Below are positions 38,601 through 46,437 of a stretch of DNA of 54,586 nt, in pieces. The stretch is taken from the IMG/VR virus record IMGVR_UViG_3300042519_001736, positions 1-54,586 of that record. One strand, given 5' to 3'. The stretch comes from a virus. Taxonomy: Duplodnaviria; Caudoviricetes. The notes under the pieces are model-generated. The model worked only from the letters and a program-made list of their open reading frames with translations. It was not told where the DNA came from and searched no databases. The stretch's first letter is position 1. Each line of letters opens with the position of its first letter. The position numbers and the translations under genes are program-made.

Positions 38601-41176
38601 TGCAGGTAGTCGCTGATATAAGTGCCGTTGCTCACGGCCTCTCCACCTTCTTTAAAGAACGCCGGCATTGTTGGGGCCGCAATGACATTGCCAAAACGGT
38701 CCGTTGTAGTGCCCAAGGTGCCTGACAGAGGCGCTCCTCCCCCTGAAGCTTGAGCGGACAGTTGGCCCTGTCTCACCGCGTCTGCTGCGGGGACCACTGC
38801 GGAAGCAACTGCGTTACCCATGCGATCCCGCGTGGTGCCGAATGTGTCTGACAGCTTCTTGTAGCTACCCAAAGTGTGGGGGTCCAGACTGTTATTGCCC
38901 ATTGAGCGCGCGGGTAAAGCGGGTGCAGACGGTGTGCCAGACTGGGCCGGCACCATTGGGCGCTCATAACTGTTCGCAGGAGCAGCCAGAGGGCCGACTG
39001 CGGTGCGCTTGAGCACCTCGTCTTCAAACGCGTTCAGGCCAGGGGCCCTCAAGCCGGCACCAGGGAGAGTGGGAACGCCGTAGTCAGGTGTGCCAGGGCC
39101 CCCAGGTGTGCCACCTGTTCCGGGCCTTGGCCGCATGGTTATCGGGTCAAATTCCCTTGGACCTGTAGCAGAACTCACTGCAATTCCGGTAGGGGGGATT
39201 GCCGGAGGTGTCACAGGTGGGGGTGCCACAGGTGGGGGTGCCACAGGTGGGGGTGCCACTGGCGGAGGTGCCACAGGTGGAGGTGCCACAGGTGGGGCTA
39301 CCACTGGCGGAGCTACCACTGGCGGAGCTACCACTGGCGGAGCTACCACTGGCGGAGCTACGGGAGGATTGGCAGCGGCGGCGGCACGTTTTCGGGCTTC
39401 TTCAGCCGCTGTTGTGTATTCTGGAACGCCACCAAACTCGGGGAATGCCGCAGCCAATTGCTCCGGGCTGTACTTGAGAAGCGCTTTATCCAGCTCTTCC
39501 TGCGTTTGCGGTCCCGATTTAATCAACGCACGAAGAGCCGCCGCCTGTTCCGCCGCAGTGGGAGGTGCCACTGGAGGCGCTTCGGGTGGGTCAATATTGG
39601 CGTTGACCTGTCCGGGTGCGGTAGCCATAGGCGGACCATTGACCTGTCCAGGTGCGGTAGCCATAGGCGGACCATTGACCTGTCCAGGCGCGGTTCCCAT
39701 GGAAGGACCATTGACTTGGCCGGGGGCAGTCCCCGCTTGATCAAATCCGTTTAAATCATCTCGAGCAGATGCCCCAATGCCGGGTGAGGAAAAACCCGGG
39801 TCGCCTAGTTGAGGGAAACCAGGAAGCGCTTCCAAGTCGTCTCTAGCTGAGCCTGAACCGCCCGGTGAAGAAAAACCCGGGTTTCCCGATGATGTGGGAC
39901 CAGGGGACCCCGCAGGGTCAGGCCTGTTCATCCAGTCGTCAACAAAGTTAGAGGGGGAACCAGCACCAGCACCAGCACCAGGGCTGCCGGGTATCGCTTC
40001 CAAGTCGTTTCTGGCCGAGCCTGAACCGCCGCCAAATCCCGCAATGGTGTCTTGAATGTGTTTGTTAAGGTCTTCAATGTATTTGTTGACGTTAGGCGGG
40101 GTTGTGTACAAGTGTGTAGCGGGCATTCCGCCACCCATGCCTACGTCGTTGGTCAAGGTGGGAATATTGCCGCCAGAGCCGTAGCCGCCAGAGCCACTAC
40201 CGGCGAGGCTACCACCACCACCACCACCGGCGGGGCTACCACCACCATCACCGGTGGGAGTTCCGCCGCCAGGGGCTTCACTGCCAGCACCACCACCGGC
40301 GGGAGTTCCGCCGGCCGGAACCCCACCAAAACTGCCAGAGTCCGCGCTGCCCGCACCGGGGCTACTAGGAATGCCGGAACCCACATCGCCAGCCCCTGGG
40401 CCGCTGGCGCTGCCAGAGCCTGCGCCGCCAAAACTGCCAGAGTCCGCGCTTCCCGGGCCCGCGCTACTGGCGCTGTTAGAGTTCACGTTGGAAAGGTTGT
40501 TCGTGACCCTTGACACGTTAACTGTTGGACGGGCAGGTGCTGGCAAATTTGCCAGCATCTGATTAAACCTGGACAAGGGTGCCGGCTGGTTTGATGCAGG
40601 GCGGAACACAGGTGCCGCAGGCGTTGCGCGTGCCGCCGGACTGTACAAAGGAGGCGGAGCTTTGTACGTATTTCTGTTCGTCGCAGGCGTAAATTGAGGC
40701 CCCGCACGGGTTGGCAGCGGGACCGTCGACCGACTCGCCGTCGGACCGTATAAAGGGCGCGGAGCTTTGTACGTATTTTTGTTCGTCGCAGGACTAAACT
40801 TAATGGCAGGCGGAAGGGGGTCCCGAAACCCAATAGCAGGAGCAGATGCCCTCGGACCACCAAAAGGCGAAGACCCAGTCGTTGTCCCACGCATTGTAGG
40901 AGCAGATGCCCTCGGACCACCAAAAGGTGAAGACCCAGTCGTTGTCCCACGCATTGTAGGAGTAGCTCGCGCTGCCTTAGCGGCAGCTTCCGCTCTTGCC
41001 CTCGCAGCCTTGGCGTCAGCCTCGGCCCTTACTCGCGCTGCCGTGGCCGCCGACTGCGCGGCTCGCTCGGCCTGAATACGGGCCACTCCAGCATTGTTTT
41101 TTGCCATGTTGTCCCGGGTTGCTTGAGAAATCCCCGGGGCGTTCATTTCGGCTGCTGTCCAGATTTTTTGGGCCAT
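35696..41176 (-). CDS. 1826-aa multidomain (polyvalent-like) protein
   Basis: Disordered repeat-rich N-terminal half, a DAARH...HE...DVHNNRIG helical domain, and a C-terminal PcfJ-like domain (EG..VGHSVGGY, YTLRD, TIEV, QIKG). Confidence 0.7.
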   Translation of the reverse strand: MAQKIWTAAEMNAPGISQATRDNMAKNNAGVARIQAERAAQSAATAARVRAEADAKAARARAEAAAKAARATPTMRGTTTGSSPFGGPRASAPTMRGTTTGSSPFGGPRASAPAIGFRDPLPPAIKFSPATNKNTYKAPRPLYGPTASRSTVPLPTRAGPQFTPATNRNTYKAPPPLYSPAARATPAAPVFRPASNQPAPLSRFNQMLANLPAPARPTVNVSRVTNNLSNVNSNSASSAGPGSADSGSFGGAGSGSASGPGAGDVGSGIPSSPGAGSADSGSFGGVPAGGTPAGGGAGSEAPGGGTPTGDGGGSPAGGGGGGSLAGSGSGGYGSGGNIPTLTNDVGMGGGMPATHLYTTPPNVNKYIEDLNKHIQDTIAGFGGGSGSARNDLEAIPGSPGAGAGAGSPSNFVDDWMNRPDPAGSPGPTSSGNPGFSSPGGSGSARDDLEALPGFPQLGDPGFSSPGIGASARDDLNGFDQAGTAPGQVNGPSMGTAPGQVNGPPMATAPGQVNGPPMATAPGQVNANIDPPEAPPVAPPTAAEQAAALRALIKSGPQTQEELDKALLKYSPEQLAAAFPEFGGVPEYTTAAEEARKRAAAAANPPVAPPVVAPPVVAPPVVAPPVVAPPVAPPPVAPPPVAPPPVAPPPVAPPPVTPPAIPPTGIAVSSATGPREFDPITMRPRPGTGGTPGGPGTPDYGVPTLPGAGLRAPGLNAFEDEVLKRTAVGPLAAPANSYERPMVPAQSGTPSAPALPARSMGNNSLDPHTLGSYKKLSDTFGTTRDRMGNAVASAVVPAADAVRQGQLSAQASGGGAPLSGTLGTTTDRFGNVIAAPTMPAFFKEGGEAVSNGTYISDYLQQEQEKEKADSIDIDPLGTAQKYLTDVTSVTKKLSPVRQNIKRPSRGAGGSESSKEMNLKLAPLAEIKQLKLDTTSSPGESKNTDSARAQMEAFVEQYQRKIKIAKNKALGLRANTLGAPTLEAPTLTRNTLGKKTFAKGGEVKKPEAEVAEPSIFGVSDYATKASARMFPDQLGQDDQRDAARHMLAAGSVARKYGPKAAELLGKAHEYTSNPQTFFSALGIGKPRDDLPYDVHNNRIGAELAARSTSQAELEKLVQAMALQAQTKQTKDKPYIMSREQLDARKAKAEKGPAQRPEYRAEGSPEEGEVSQAELDAASRPAFVTPKSGKGRKSSTKAGDLEAAALQGISETPYNLLGAPVDLATMAMRPFGYNVEAPMLGSEDLKRRATKAGIRQEPPKEGTAARALFNIAEIGSSAVNPAAPVRAGMKAAKAVGDKAADVGKDFLEYNRQISVPGASYAVRPTGSTMLTGTVGLNKNVSEVDQLLQGGITEAKYVTERNDEKRGLIEDFWNKKARNYFERQYGTPDDPILEGIKTKKLKGTALSDLRTGFPRSLIDSLAVGKTRTKEGARPAADFVGPGPAESRFFPEYPESYEDVSRRYDEATGLRGNLITTNPAAAETAYSSISSEGRAMGRAAAEIEADKMMAQGMRPELINTEIGITTRGVKDPDRIVSENSARSAKDLYQAFEEASAYKKMTPEQQLAWANDQFGKGRSGLQGLDQSEVGPNLLPQNVLTAIEKGEPVYDIGYMGKTLGVLFKPENINEYLASLPARELANIRFEDAVRGGLKLGENKFKLETMVSRIKAGKPVAENVFSDGVSKPLLQFGEGSGLDGFAWKRIEKREATVPEGAYVGHSVGGYELGGVGYSKDKMDGFGTGKWQVYTLRDNRNRPVNTIEVKMLDETTPVVTQIKGNGRASGNTAPEKYDAAVLRFLQTHLKPAAIEESDSYLTPLLQNYKTELGASPRTR
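39205..39365. repeat. 15-bp tandem repeats encoding VAPPP / VAPPV
   Basis: GGTGCCACAGGTGGG and GCTACCACTGGCGGA arrays. Confidence 0.9.
39602..39735. repeat. 36-bp tandem repeat, about 4 copies (TAPGQVNGPPM)
   Basis: Visible direct repeats of CCATTGACCTGTCCAGG. Confidence 0.88.
40837..40962. repeat. 60-bp tandem duplication (APTMRGTTTGSSPFGGPRAS)
   Basis: Two near-identical copies. Confidence 0.9.
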
Positions 41177-41213
41177 ACCGGTTCCTGCCTGTAAGTTGCC
41201 TACATTTTACCTG

Positions 41214-42671
41214 TCAATAGTACTCCGGCACAAGCTCGCCCGCCTCGCCCTCCTCATTGTCGTCAGTGGCCAAGCTGATGAAGTTTCCACGCCGAAACCT
41301 GTCCATGGCCATGGTCGTGCTGTCCACCATGTCGTCGTTGTCGCCGTTCGGAAACGCCGCGCACTCTTCAACAAGGAGCTCCGCCCAATCCGTGTCCGGA
41401 GCCCACACCATCCCAGCCTCGAACACCGGTGCAATGGCATTGGCCCGCGCTACCTTGTCCGTGCCCGACCTGCGCCCGCCCGGCGAATACATCGTCACAG
41501 GGATGTTCATCTTGCGCAGCTCCTGCTGCAGCGGCGTTCCCGTGGCCTTCGCCTCAATCAACACGTTGTCCGGCTGCCAGTGGTCATACTGCTCCTTCGC
41601 AATCCGCTTGAGCTCTGGGAAGTCCCACCTCCCGCGCTTGACATCCAACAAGATAATGGACGCCCCCGAGTCCTCATTTTGGTAGAACACGCCCCACGTC
41701 GTGATGACAGAAAAGTCAGCCGTCTCCTTCTTGGAATACGCCGTGTCCATGGACTGAATGATGTAGTTCACCACAGGCGGATCGTCGTGCGGCCACACGC
41801 GCCACCACTCCCGTTTCAAGATCGCACCCTCGTCGTTCGTGGGCTGCTGCTGGTACATCGCGTTCCACTTTTGCACCGACAAAGTGGCCTTCACGCCCTC
41901 CAGTTCCTCGATCTTCCAAAAGCCTGGCCAAAGTGGCTTGCCACTGGGCATGATGGCCGGGAACTCGATCACCTCCCACTGGTCCGCGTTCCGCGATTTT
42001 TGCGCCTTTAGTAAGCGCGCTGTCAGGTCCTTGGTTCCCCAGCGGGTCATCACGATCACGATCGCACCGCCTGGCTGGAGTCGCGTGCGTGGGCCAGAGA
42101 TGTACCACTCCCAGGCATTGTCCAAAGCAAGCTCACTCATCGCGTCCTGCTCCGAATGCGGGTCGTCAATGATCAAGACGTCCGCACCACGGCCCGTCAT
42201 CGCGCCACCCACACCCACAGCAAAATATTCCCCACCCTTGTTTGTGTCCCACCGGCCAGCAGCTTTGCTGTCCTGCTTCAACGTCACCTCAGGAAACACC
42301 TCCTTGTACGTGTCCATGTCCATCAGGTCACGCACCTTCCTGCCAAAGCGCACGGCGAGCTCGCTGTTGTGCGTCGCTTCAATGGCCTTGGTTCGCGGAT
42401 CACGGCCCATGAGGTACGCCGGAAGGAGATAGGAGGCGAATTCAGACTTCGTGTGCCGAGGCGGCATGTTGATGATCAGGCGCTTGAGCGTGCCGTTGGC
42501 AATGCGGTCAAAGGCCTTGGACATGACCGCGTGGTGCTCACCAAGGATCGCGTTTGGCCACACGTAGCGCACGAAATCGAGGAAGCTGGTCTTGGCTTTT
42601 TCTTGCGAATCAAGCTGCGCGAGCCGGTACTCAAGGCGCAGTCGGTCCGCTTCAATTTCTTCAGGGATCAT
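41214..42671 (-). CDS. terL: Terminase large subunit
   Basis: IINMPPRHTKS Walker A, VLIIDDP Walker B, MTRW, IEAKATG, DDMVDS nuclease motif. Likely start MIPEE at 42671. Confidence 0.95.
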   Translation of the reverse strand: MIPEEIEADRLRLEYRLAQLDSQEKAKTSFLDFVRYVWPNAILGEHHAVMSKAFDRIANGTLKRLIINMPPRHTKSEFASYLLPAYLMGRDPRTKAIEATHNSELAVRFGRKVRDLMDMDTYKEVFPEVTLKQDSKAAGRWDTNKGGEYFAVGVGGAMTGRGADVLIIDDPHSEQDAMSELALDNAWEWYISGPRTRLQPGGAIVIVMTRWGTKDLTARLLKAQKSRNADQWEVIEFPAIMPSGKPLWPGFWKIEELEGVKATLSVQKWNAMYQQQPTNDEGAILKREWWRVWPHDDPPVVNYIIQSMDTAYSKKETADFSVITTWGVFYQNEDSGASIILLDVKRGRWDFPELKRIAKEQYDHWQPDNVLIEAKATGTPLQQELRKMNIPVTMYSPGGRRSGTDKVARANAIAPVFEAGMVWAPDTDWAELLVEECAAFPNGDNDDMVDSTTMAMDRFRRGNFISLATDDNEEGEAGELVPEYY

Positions 42672-42759
42672 GGGGTCCGTTTCGTTTTGGAATTGCAAAA
42701 ATTTTGACACACATTTCGGTTTCTGACAAAGGGGGCCCTTTTTGCCTGGGGCCCAAAAC

Positions 42760-42775
42760 TGTTTCACGTGAAACC
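42760..42775. promoter_or_regulatory. parS-like palindrome TGTTTCACGTGAAACC
   Basis: 15/16 match to the canonical bacterial parS TGTTTCACGTGAAACA. Perfect 14-bp palindromic core in intergenic DNA. Confidence 0.75.
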
Positions 42776-42794
42776 TACCGTGTAAAACAGGGCT

Positions 42795-43385
42795 AAAGCC
42801 CGCGCAGCCCGCGACCCGGCCCGTTTTTCGGGCCCCGGGGTGGGTGGGCACTCACTTACGCTGCAGGGCGCGCGGACCGTGGGCCAGGGCACCAGGTCGG
42901 CGGCCACCGGCCACCAGGCGCCAGGCTCGCGGATCACGCACCAGGGCTCGCGGATCACGCACCAGGGACCGGCCACCAGGGCACCAGGCGCGCGGCCACC
43001 TGGGCACCGGCCGGGCGGCCACCTGGGCGGCCACCTGGGCACCGGCCACCAGGGCGCGCATTATGGTGCTGCAGCTGGTGCACGTCGACATAATGCCTGG
43101 ACCAGGTAACGCGCCGGATTATCTGATAATCGCTAATTGATCCCGCGATAATAAAGTCATCATTATCCGATTATCTTTAATCGATTATCCGATTATCTCG
43201 CCAGGCACGCTAAGCGCGCACCAGGTAGCACGGTCCAGGGCGCGCGGACCAGGGCGCCGGCATGCAATACCCGGCGCACGGCACACGGTCCAGGCGGCCG
43301 GCTTCGCGGACCCGGCACGGCCACCAGGGCGGCCGGGCGGGTTATGCATTTTTTGCATAGTTATGGGCGGCCGGTCAGATACCGG
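42795..43385. repeat. GC-rich non-coding repeat region, candidate packaging/terminus region
   Basis: Tandem GGCTCGCGGATCACGCACCAG x2, GGCCACCTGGGC x3, and an AT-rich core with ATTATCCGATTATCT x2. Confidence 0.6.
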
Positions 43386-43389
43386 GCGC

Positions 43390-43414
43390 AAAAAAACCCG
43401 GCACGCGGCCGGGT
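43390..43414 (-). terminator. Intrinsic terminator
   Basis: ACCCGGC-CGCGT-GCCGGGT followed by a T-run. Identical copy at 46123-46146. Confidence 0.8.
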
Positions 43415-43437
43415 CCAGGGCGAGCAAAACCGGCGCG

Positions 43438-43656
43438 CTAAGCGGCCAGGCCCGCACGGTCGGCCAGGTCGGCCAGGATCGCGTCAGCGGTGCCCAGGGC
43501 ATCAGCGCGATCATCGGTAAAATACTCGGCCACCAGGCGGCCATCAGGGCCCAGGGCGCGCACCTGGTACTCAGACCAGGTAGCGGACCAAGCCACGCGC
43601 ACCAGGCCAGCATCGGCCAGGCGCACCAGCTGCACCAGGCGCAGGCGCGCGCTCAT
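43438..43656 (-). CDS. Small early protein
   Basis: EYQV...YFTDDRADALGTA motif. ATGA-type coupling. Confidence 0.65.
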   Translation of the reverse strand: MSARLRLVQLVRLADAGLVRVAWSATWSEYQVRALGPDGRLVAEYFTDDRADALGTADAILADLADRAGLAA

Positions 43657-43883
43657 GCTGCACCCCTAGCGGCCAGGTCGGCCGGGGTGACGGTGGCAAG
43701 CCAGGCGGGCCCGCAAATGTTGCGCACCTGTCGCAGTAGGTGCCCGTCAGGCTCTCGGGCATCCTGGCCGGTCAACCATGCGTCAGCCAGAGCATACCGC
43801 CAGTCACGGCCGTGACGGCCAGCAAAGGCGGCCACGGCGGCCAGCTGTTCAGCGCTCGGAGCGGGTTTAATTTTCGTTTTCAT
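43653..43883 (-). CDS. Small early protein
   Basis: Start MKTKIK at 43883. HGRDWR..L..AW..G...LRQVRN..GP.WL. Confidence 0.65.
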   Translation of the reverse strand: MKTKIKPAPSAEQLAAVAAFAGRHGRDWRYALADAWLTGQDAREPDGHLLRQVRNICGPAWLATVTPADLAARGAA

Positions 43884-43931
43884 ACTTTCTCGCTTTCTTG
43901 GGTTGATCCCGGCCACCCGGCCGGGGCTTTT

Positions 43932-43961
43932 ATTTTAGTCTAAAAAATCCACTGTGTGCAA
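43932..43961 (-). promoter_or_regulatory. Early promoter TTGCAC-18-TAAAAT
   Basis: Followed by a hairpin and the AGAAAGCGAGAAA leader. Confidence 0.75.
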
Positions 43962-43962
43962 C

Positions 43963-43991
43963 AAATAAAAAAGCCCGCCAGGTGGCGGGCT
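43963..43991 (-). terminator. Intrinsic terminator
   Basis: AGCCCGCC-ACCT-GGCGGGCT followed by a T-run. Confidence 0.8.
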
Positions 43992-44011
43992 CGGTGACCA
44001 GGGCGGCCAGG

Positions 44012-44221
44012 TCAGCGCATGCGGAATTCATTGGCCAGGTCCTGGCCACCATGGCGGCCGATCCACCCGCGACCGTTCAGGCCCAAGGGCGTGCGCTCTA
44101 CCGTTATTTGATTTTCTCCCCAAGTCAGCTGCACCCAGGTTTCACCGGCGGCCAGGGCTTTGCGGATCGCAGCGCGCAGCGTGGGCCCGCTCGGTTTTTT
44201 GGTGTATTCAATCGATCGCAT
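44012..44221 (-). CDS. Small early protein
   Basis: 69 aa, directly follows the DUF932 gene. Confidence 0.6.
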   Translation of the reverse strand: MRSIEYTKKPSGPTLRAAIRKALAAGETWVQLTWGENQITVERTPLGLNGRGWIGRHGGQDLANEFRMR

Positions 44222-44223
44222 GA

Positions 44224-45237
44224 TTAAACCCCCACGGCCAGCAAGTCGACGGCCCGGGCTTTGAGCGCTGCACCGGTGCCAAACCAGGCCGACTCCATGC
44301 GGGTATTATTCGAGCGGCCGCGCTCATGGTCGACCAGCTCGGTCACCGCGTTAAGCATTGCCCAGCGGGTCCCGGCCACCCCGGGCAGCTCGGACCCGAT
44401 CGCGCCACCGTTAAATAATTGCATGATCCGGTTATAGGCTTTGGACTCGGTCACCGGGCGCGCGCTCGTGTGATAAGGGCGCAGCAGCTCGGCCACAAAA
44501 TCATCAGCCTGGACTTGATCCATGCCGGTCCCGGCCAGCTGTCGCGACTGCACTAAAAACCCCTCAAACGAATTAGCAACGATTCCCAGCTGTAACCGGA
44601 CAGCCTGGGCGTCAAAGCGCTCAGAATGCAAAACCCGAACGGCCGATTTTAAATAACCGGTGGTTGTCTCGCGCTCGCCCTGGATCACGCGGCCGCCACT
44701 ATAGCCGCCCACGGCGGCCGTTATGGTGTTATTGCAAACCACCCGGATAGCGGTAAATTTCGCCACGGTCGCCATGGTCCCATCGTAGCTGGTGCCCAGC
44801 AGTAAATAAGGCTTGACCAGGTCACCGGCCACCACGGGGGCAGCGTCGCCAACACTGGCCAGGGCCCAAACCCGGCGGCCATCGCTCAGCGCGCCAGCTG
44901 TTTCAAGCTCAAACCCGCCCAGGTCGACCAGCTCGCGGAAAAAGTCCATAACCTGGCCAGGCTGCACCACGTTATATGCGCTCGACACCACGGCCAGGGG
45001 CGCGCCGGTGTCAGAACGGTGCAGCACCTTGCGAGCGGGCCAGGTTTGCAGGTCAGTGGCGGCCGGGGTCGAATACTGGACCGGGCTTTCGATCACGTCA
45101 TAAGCTAACCCGGCTTCACGGGTCCAGGTGTCAATACTGGCCCCAGGTGTCAGGGCCTGGCCCAGGCCATGCCAGGGGGTTTGGCCGGTGTATGCAATAG
45201 CAGCGCGGCCGGTGGTGGTGTCGATCATGTGAGCCAT
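44224..45237 (-). CDS. DUF932 (TIGR03299-type) phage/plasmid protein
   Basis: Start MAHMID. PWHGLG, ETAGAL..GRRVWALA, TSYDG, IRVVCNNT, W...NAVTE..DH, WFG.GA.LK. Confidence 0.88.
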   Translation of the reverse strand: MAHMIDTTTGRAAIAYTGQTPWHGLGQALTPGASIDTWTREAGLAYDVIESPVQYSTPAATDLQTWPARKVLHRSDTGAPLAVVSSAYNVVQPGQVMDFFRELVDLGGFELETAGALSDGRRVWALASVGDAAPVVAGDLVKPYLLLGTSYDGTMATVAKFTAIRVVCNNTITAAVGGYSGGRVIQGERETTTGYLKSAVRVLHSERFDAQAVRLQLGIVANSFEGFLVQSRQLAGTGMDQVQADDFVAELLRPYHTSARPVTESKAYNRIMQLFNGGAIGSELPGVAGTRWAMLNAVTELVDHERGRSNNTRMESAWFGTGAALKARAVDLLAVGV

Positions 45238-45290
45238 GGTGATTTCTCGCTTTCTTGGGTTATGACCGGGCAAAACCGCCCGGTCATTGA

Positions 45291-45320
45291 ATTTTAGTCT
45301 AATGTTTTTGGACTTGTCAA
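45291..45320 (-). promoter_or_regulatory. Early promoter TTGACA-18-TAAAAT
   Basis: Near-consensus sigma70 promoter, followed by a hairpin and the leader motif. Confidence 0.85.
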
Positions 45321-45338
45321 CAAGTCAACAAAATAAAT

Positions 45339-46028
45339 TTATTTGACCAGGCCCAGGTCGCCCACAATGTGATGGCGCAGCAAGGACCCGGGCGGCAACG
45401 AGCGCGCAAACCCGACCAGCTCGGCCGCGTCATCCTGGTGGCCGCCGGTCTTGGTTTTCTCCCAGGCCAGGCGGACCGGGCCCGCGTTACCGTAACAGCC
45501 CCCAGGGGTGTCAGCACCGACAAGGGCCTGGCCGCTACCGTGCGCGACAAAAACAATTACATAATCCCGGTCACCCCGGGCGCATAACGGGCGGCCGTTC
45601 CCGCACTGGGCACAGCTGAAATTCTCGGCCAGCTCGGCCGGGCATTGTGCAAAGCGCACGCCCTCGACCGTATACGGCCAGACCGTACCGGCCGGAGCGG
45701 CCACCACGGCCGGGCGGCCGATGGCCACGGCGGCCAGGGCCTGGCCGATGGTGTCGCAGCTGGCATTAATCACGGTCTCGCCAGGTGCTGGCACGGGCAG
45801 CAGCTCGGCCGCAAAATGAGAATAAGCCCAGGCTTGACCACTACGGGGCACGGCTTGACGCACGGCCGCCAGATAATCCGCGTCGACCAGGTCGGCCGCG
45901 TGCTGGCCCTGAGGGTTGAGCGCGCATGTTTTCGGACACGTGCCAAATACGTTATGGCCGCCGGCCCGATAAGTCACCGCGATGGGGCCGGTTTTTTTGT
46001 TGCCGGAATTTTTAACGGTCTTAAGCAT
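45339..46028 (-). CDS. Cys-rich GP88-like phage protein
   Basis: SGNKKTGPIAV, TCPKTC, YSH, NASCD, CPA..C..C...C, FVAHG, GCY, LRHHIVGD. Confidence 0.65.
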   Translation of the reverse strand: MLKTVKNSGNKKTGPIAVTYRAGGHNVFGTCPKTCALNPQGQHAADLVDADYLAAVRQAVPRSGQAWAYSHFAAELLPVPAPGETVINASCDTIGQALAAVAIGRPAVVAAPAGTVWPYTVEGVRFAQCPAELAENFSCAQCGNGRPLCARGDRDYVIVFVAHGSGQALVGADTPGGCYGNAGPVRLAWEKTKTGGHQDDAAELVGFARSLPPGSLLRHHIVGDLGLVK

Positions 46029-46080
46029 TTTCTTTCTCGCTTTCTGGGTTGCGGCCGGGCGGGTTGCTGGCCTAATTGAA

Positions 46081-46110
46081 ATTTTAATCTAACATTTATC
46101 CACTTGTCAA
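46081..46110 (-). promoter_or_regulatory. Early promoter TTGACA-18-TAAAAT
   Basis: Same architecture as 45291-45320. Confidence 0.85.
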
Positions 46111-46122
46111 CTATCCACCAAC

Positions 46123-46146
46123 AAAAAACCCGGCACGCGGCCGGGT
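46123..46146 (-). terminator. Intrinsic terminator
   Basis: Identical to the 43390-43414 hairpin. Confidence 0.8.
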
Positions 46147-46165
46147 CGGGTCGGGTCCTGGTCGA

Positions 46166-46399
46166 TCAGGGCAGAACTTGCAGCTCTTCGGTGTTTATTT
46201 GCCGATACTTTTCGAACAGGGCCGAAAATGCTCCCAAAATGCGGGCCTTATTGTCACCGTCCGCGTGGAAATAAGCCACGGCCAGGGCTGCAGCAAAATT
46301 GCCGCCTATCTTTTCCATGGTTTGCGCTGCGCGGTGGTTTGCATCGGCCAGGGCCTGGATATGGTTTCGCATGTAAAACTGTTGAAGCTCAAAATCCAT
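46166..46399 (-). CDS. Small early protein
   Basis: Start MDFELQ. GGNFAAALA...AD.DN..RI..AF...F..Y motif. Confidence 0.65.
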   Translation of the reverse strand: MDFELQQFYMRNHIQALADANHRAAQTMEKIGGNFAAALAVAYFHADGDNKARILGAFSALFEKYRQINTEELQVLP

Positions 46400-46437
46400 T
46401 GTTTTCTCCAAGTTAAAAAAAAAAACGGTCGGTCGGG

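Noticed and set aside
42764-43613. Short ORFs called in the GC-rich repeat block
   Set aside because: They are low-complexity translations of DNA repeats without credible starts.
46415-46425. A11 homopolymer as a phase-variation or frameshift site
   Set aside because: It is intergenic with no strong upstream hairpin, and its length may be a sequencing error.
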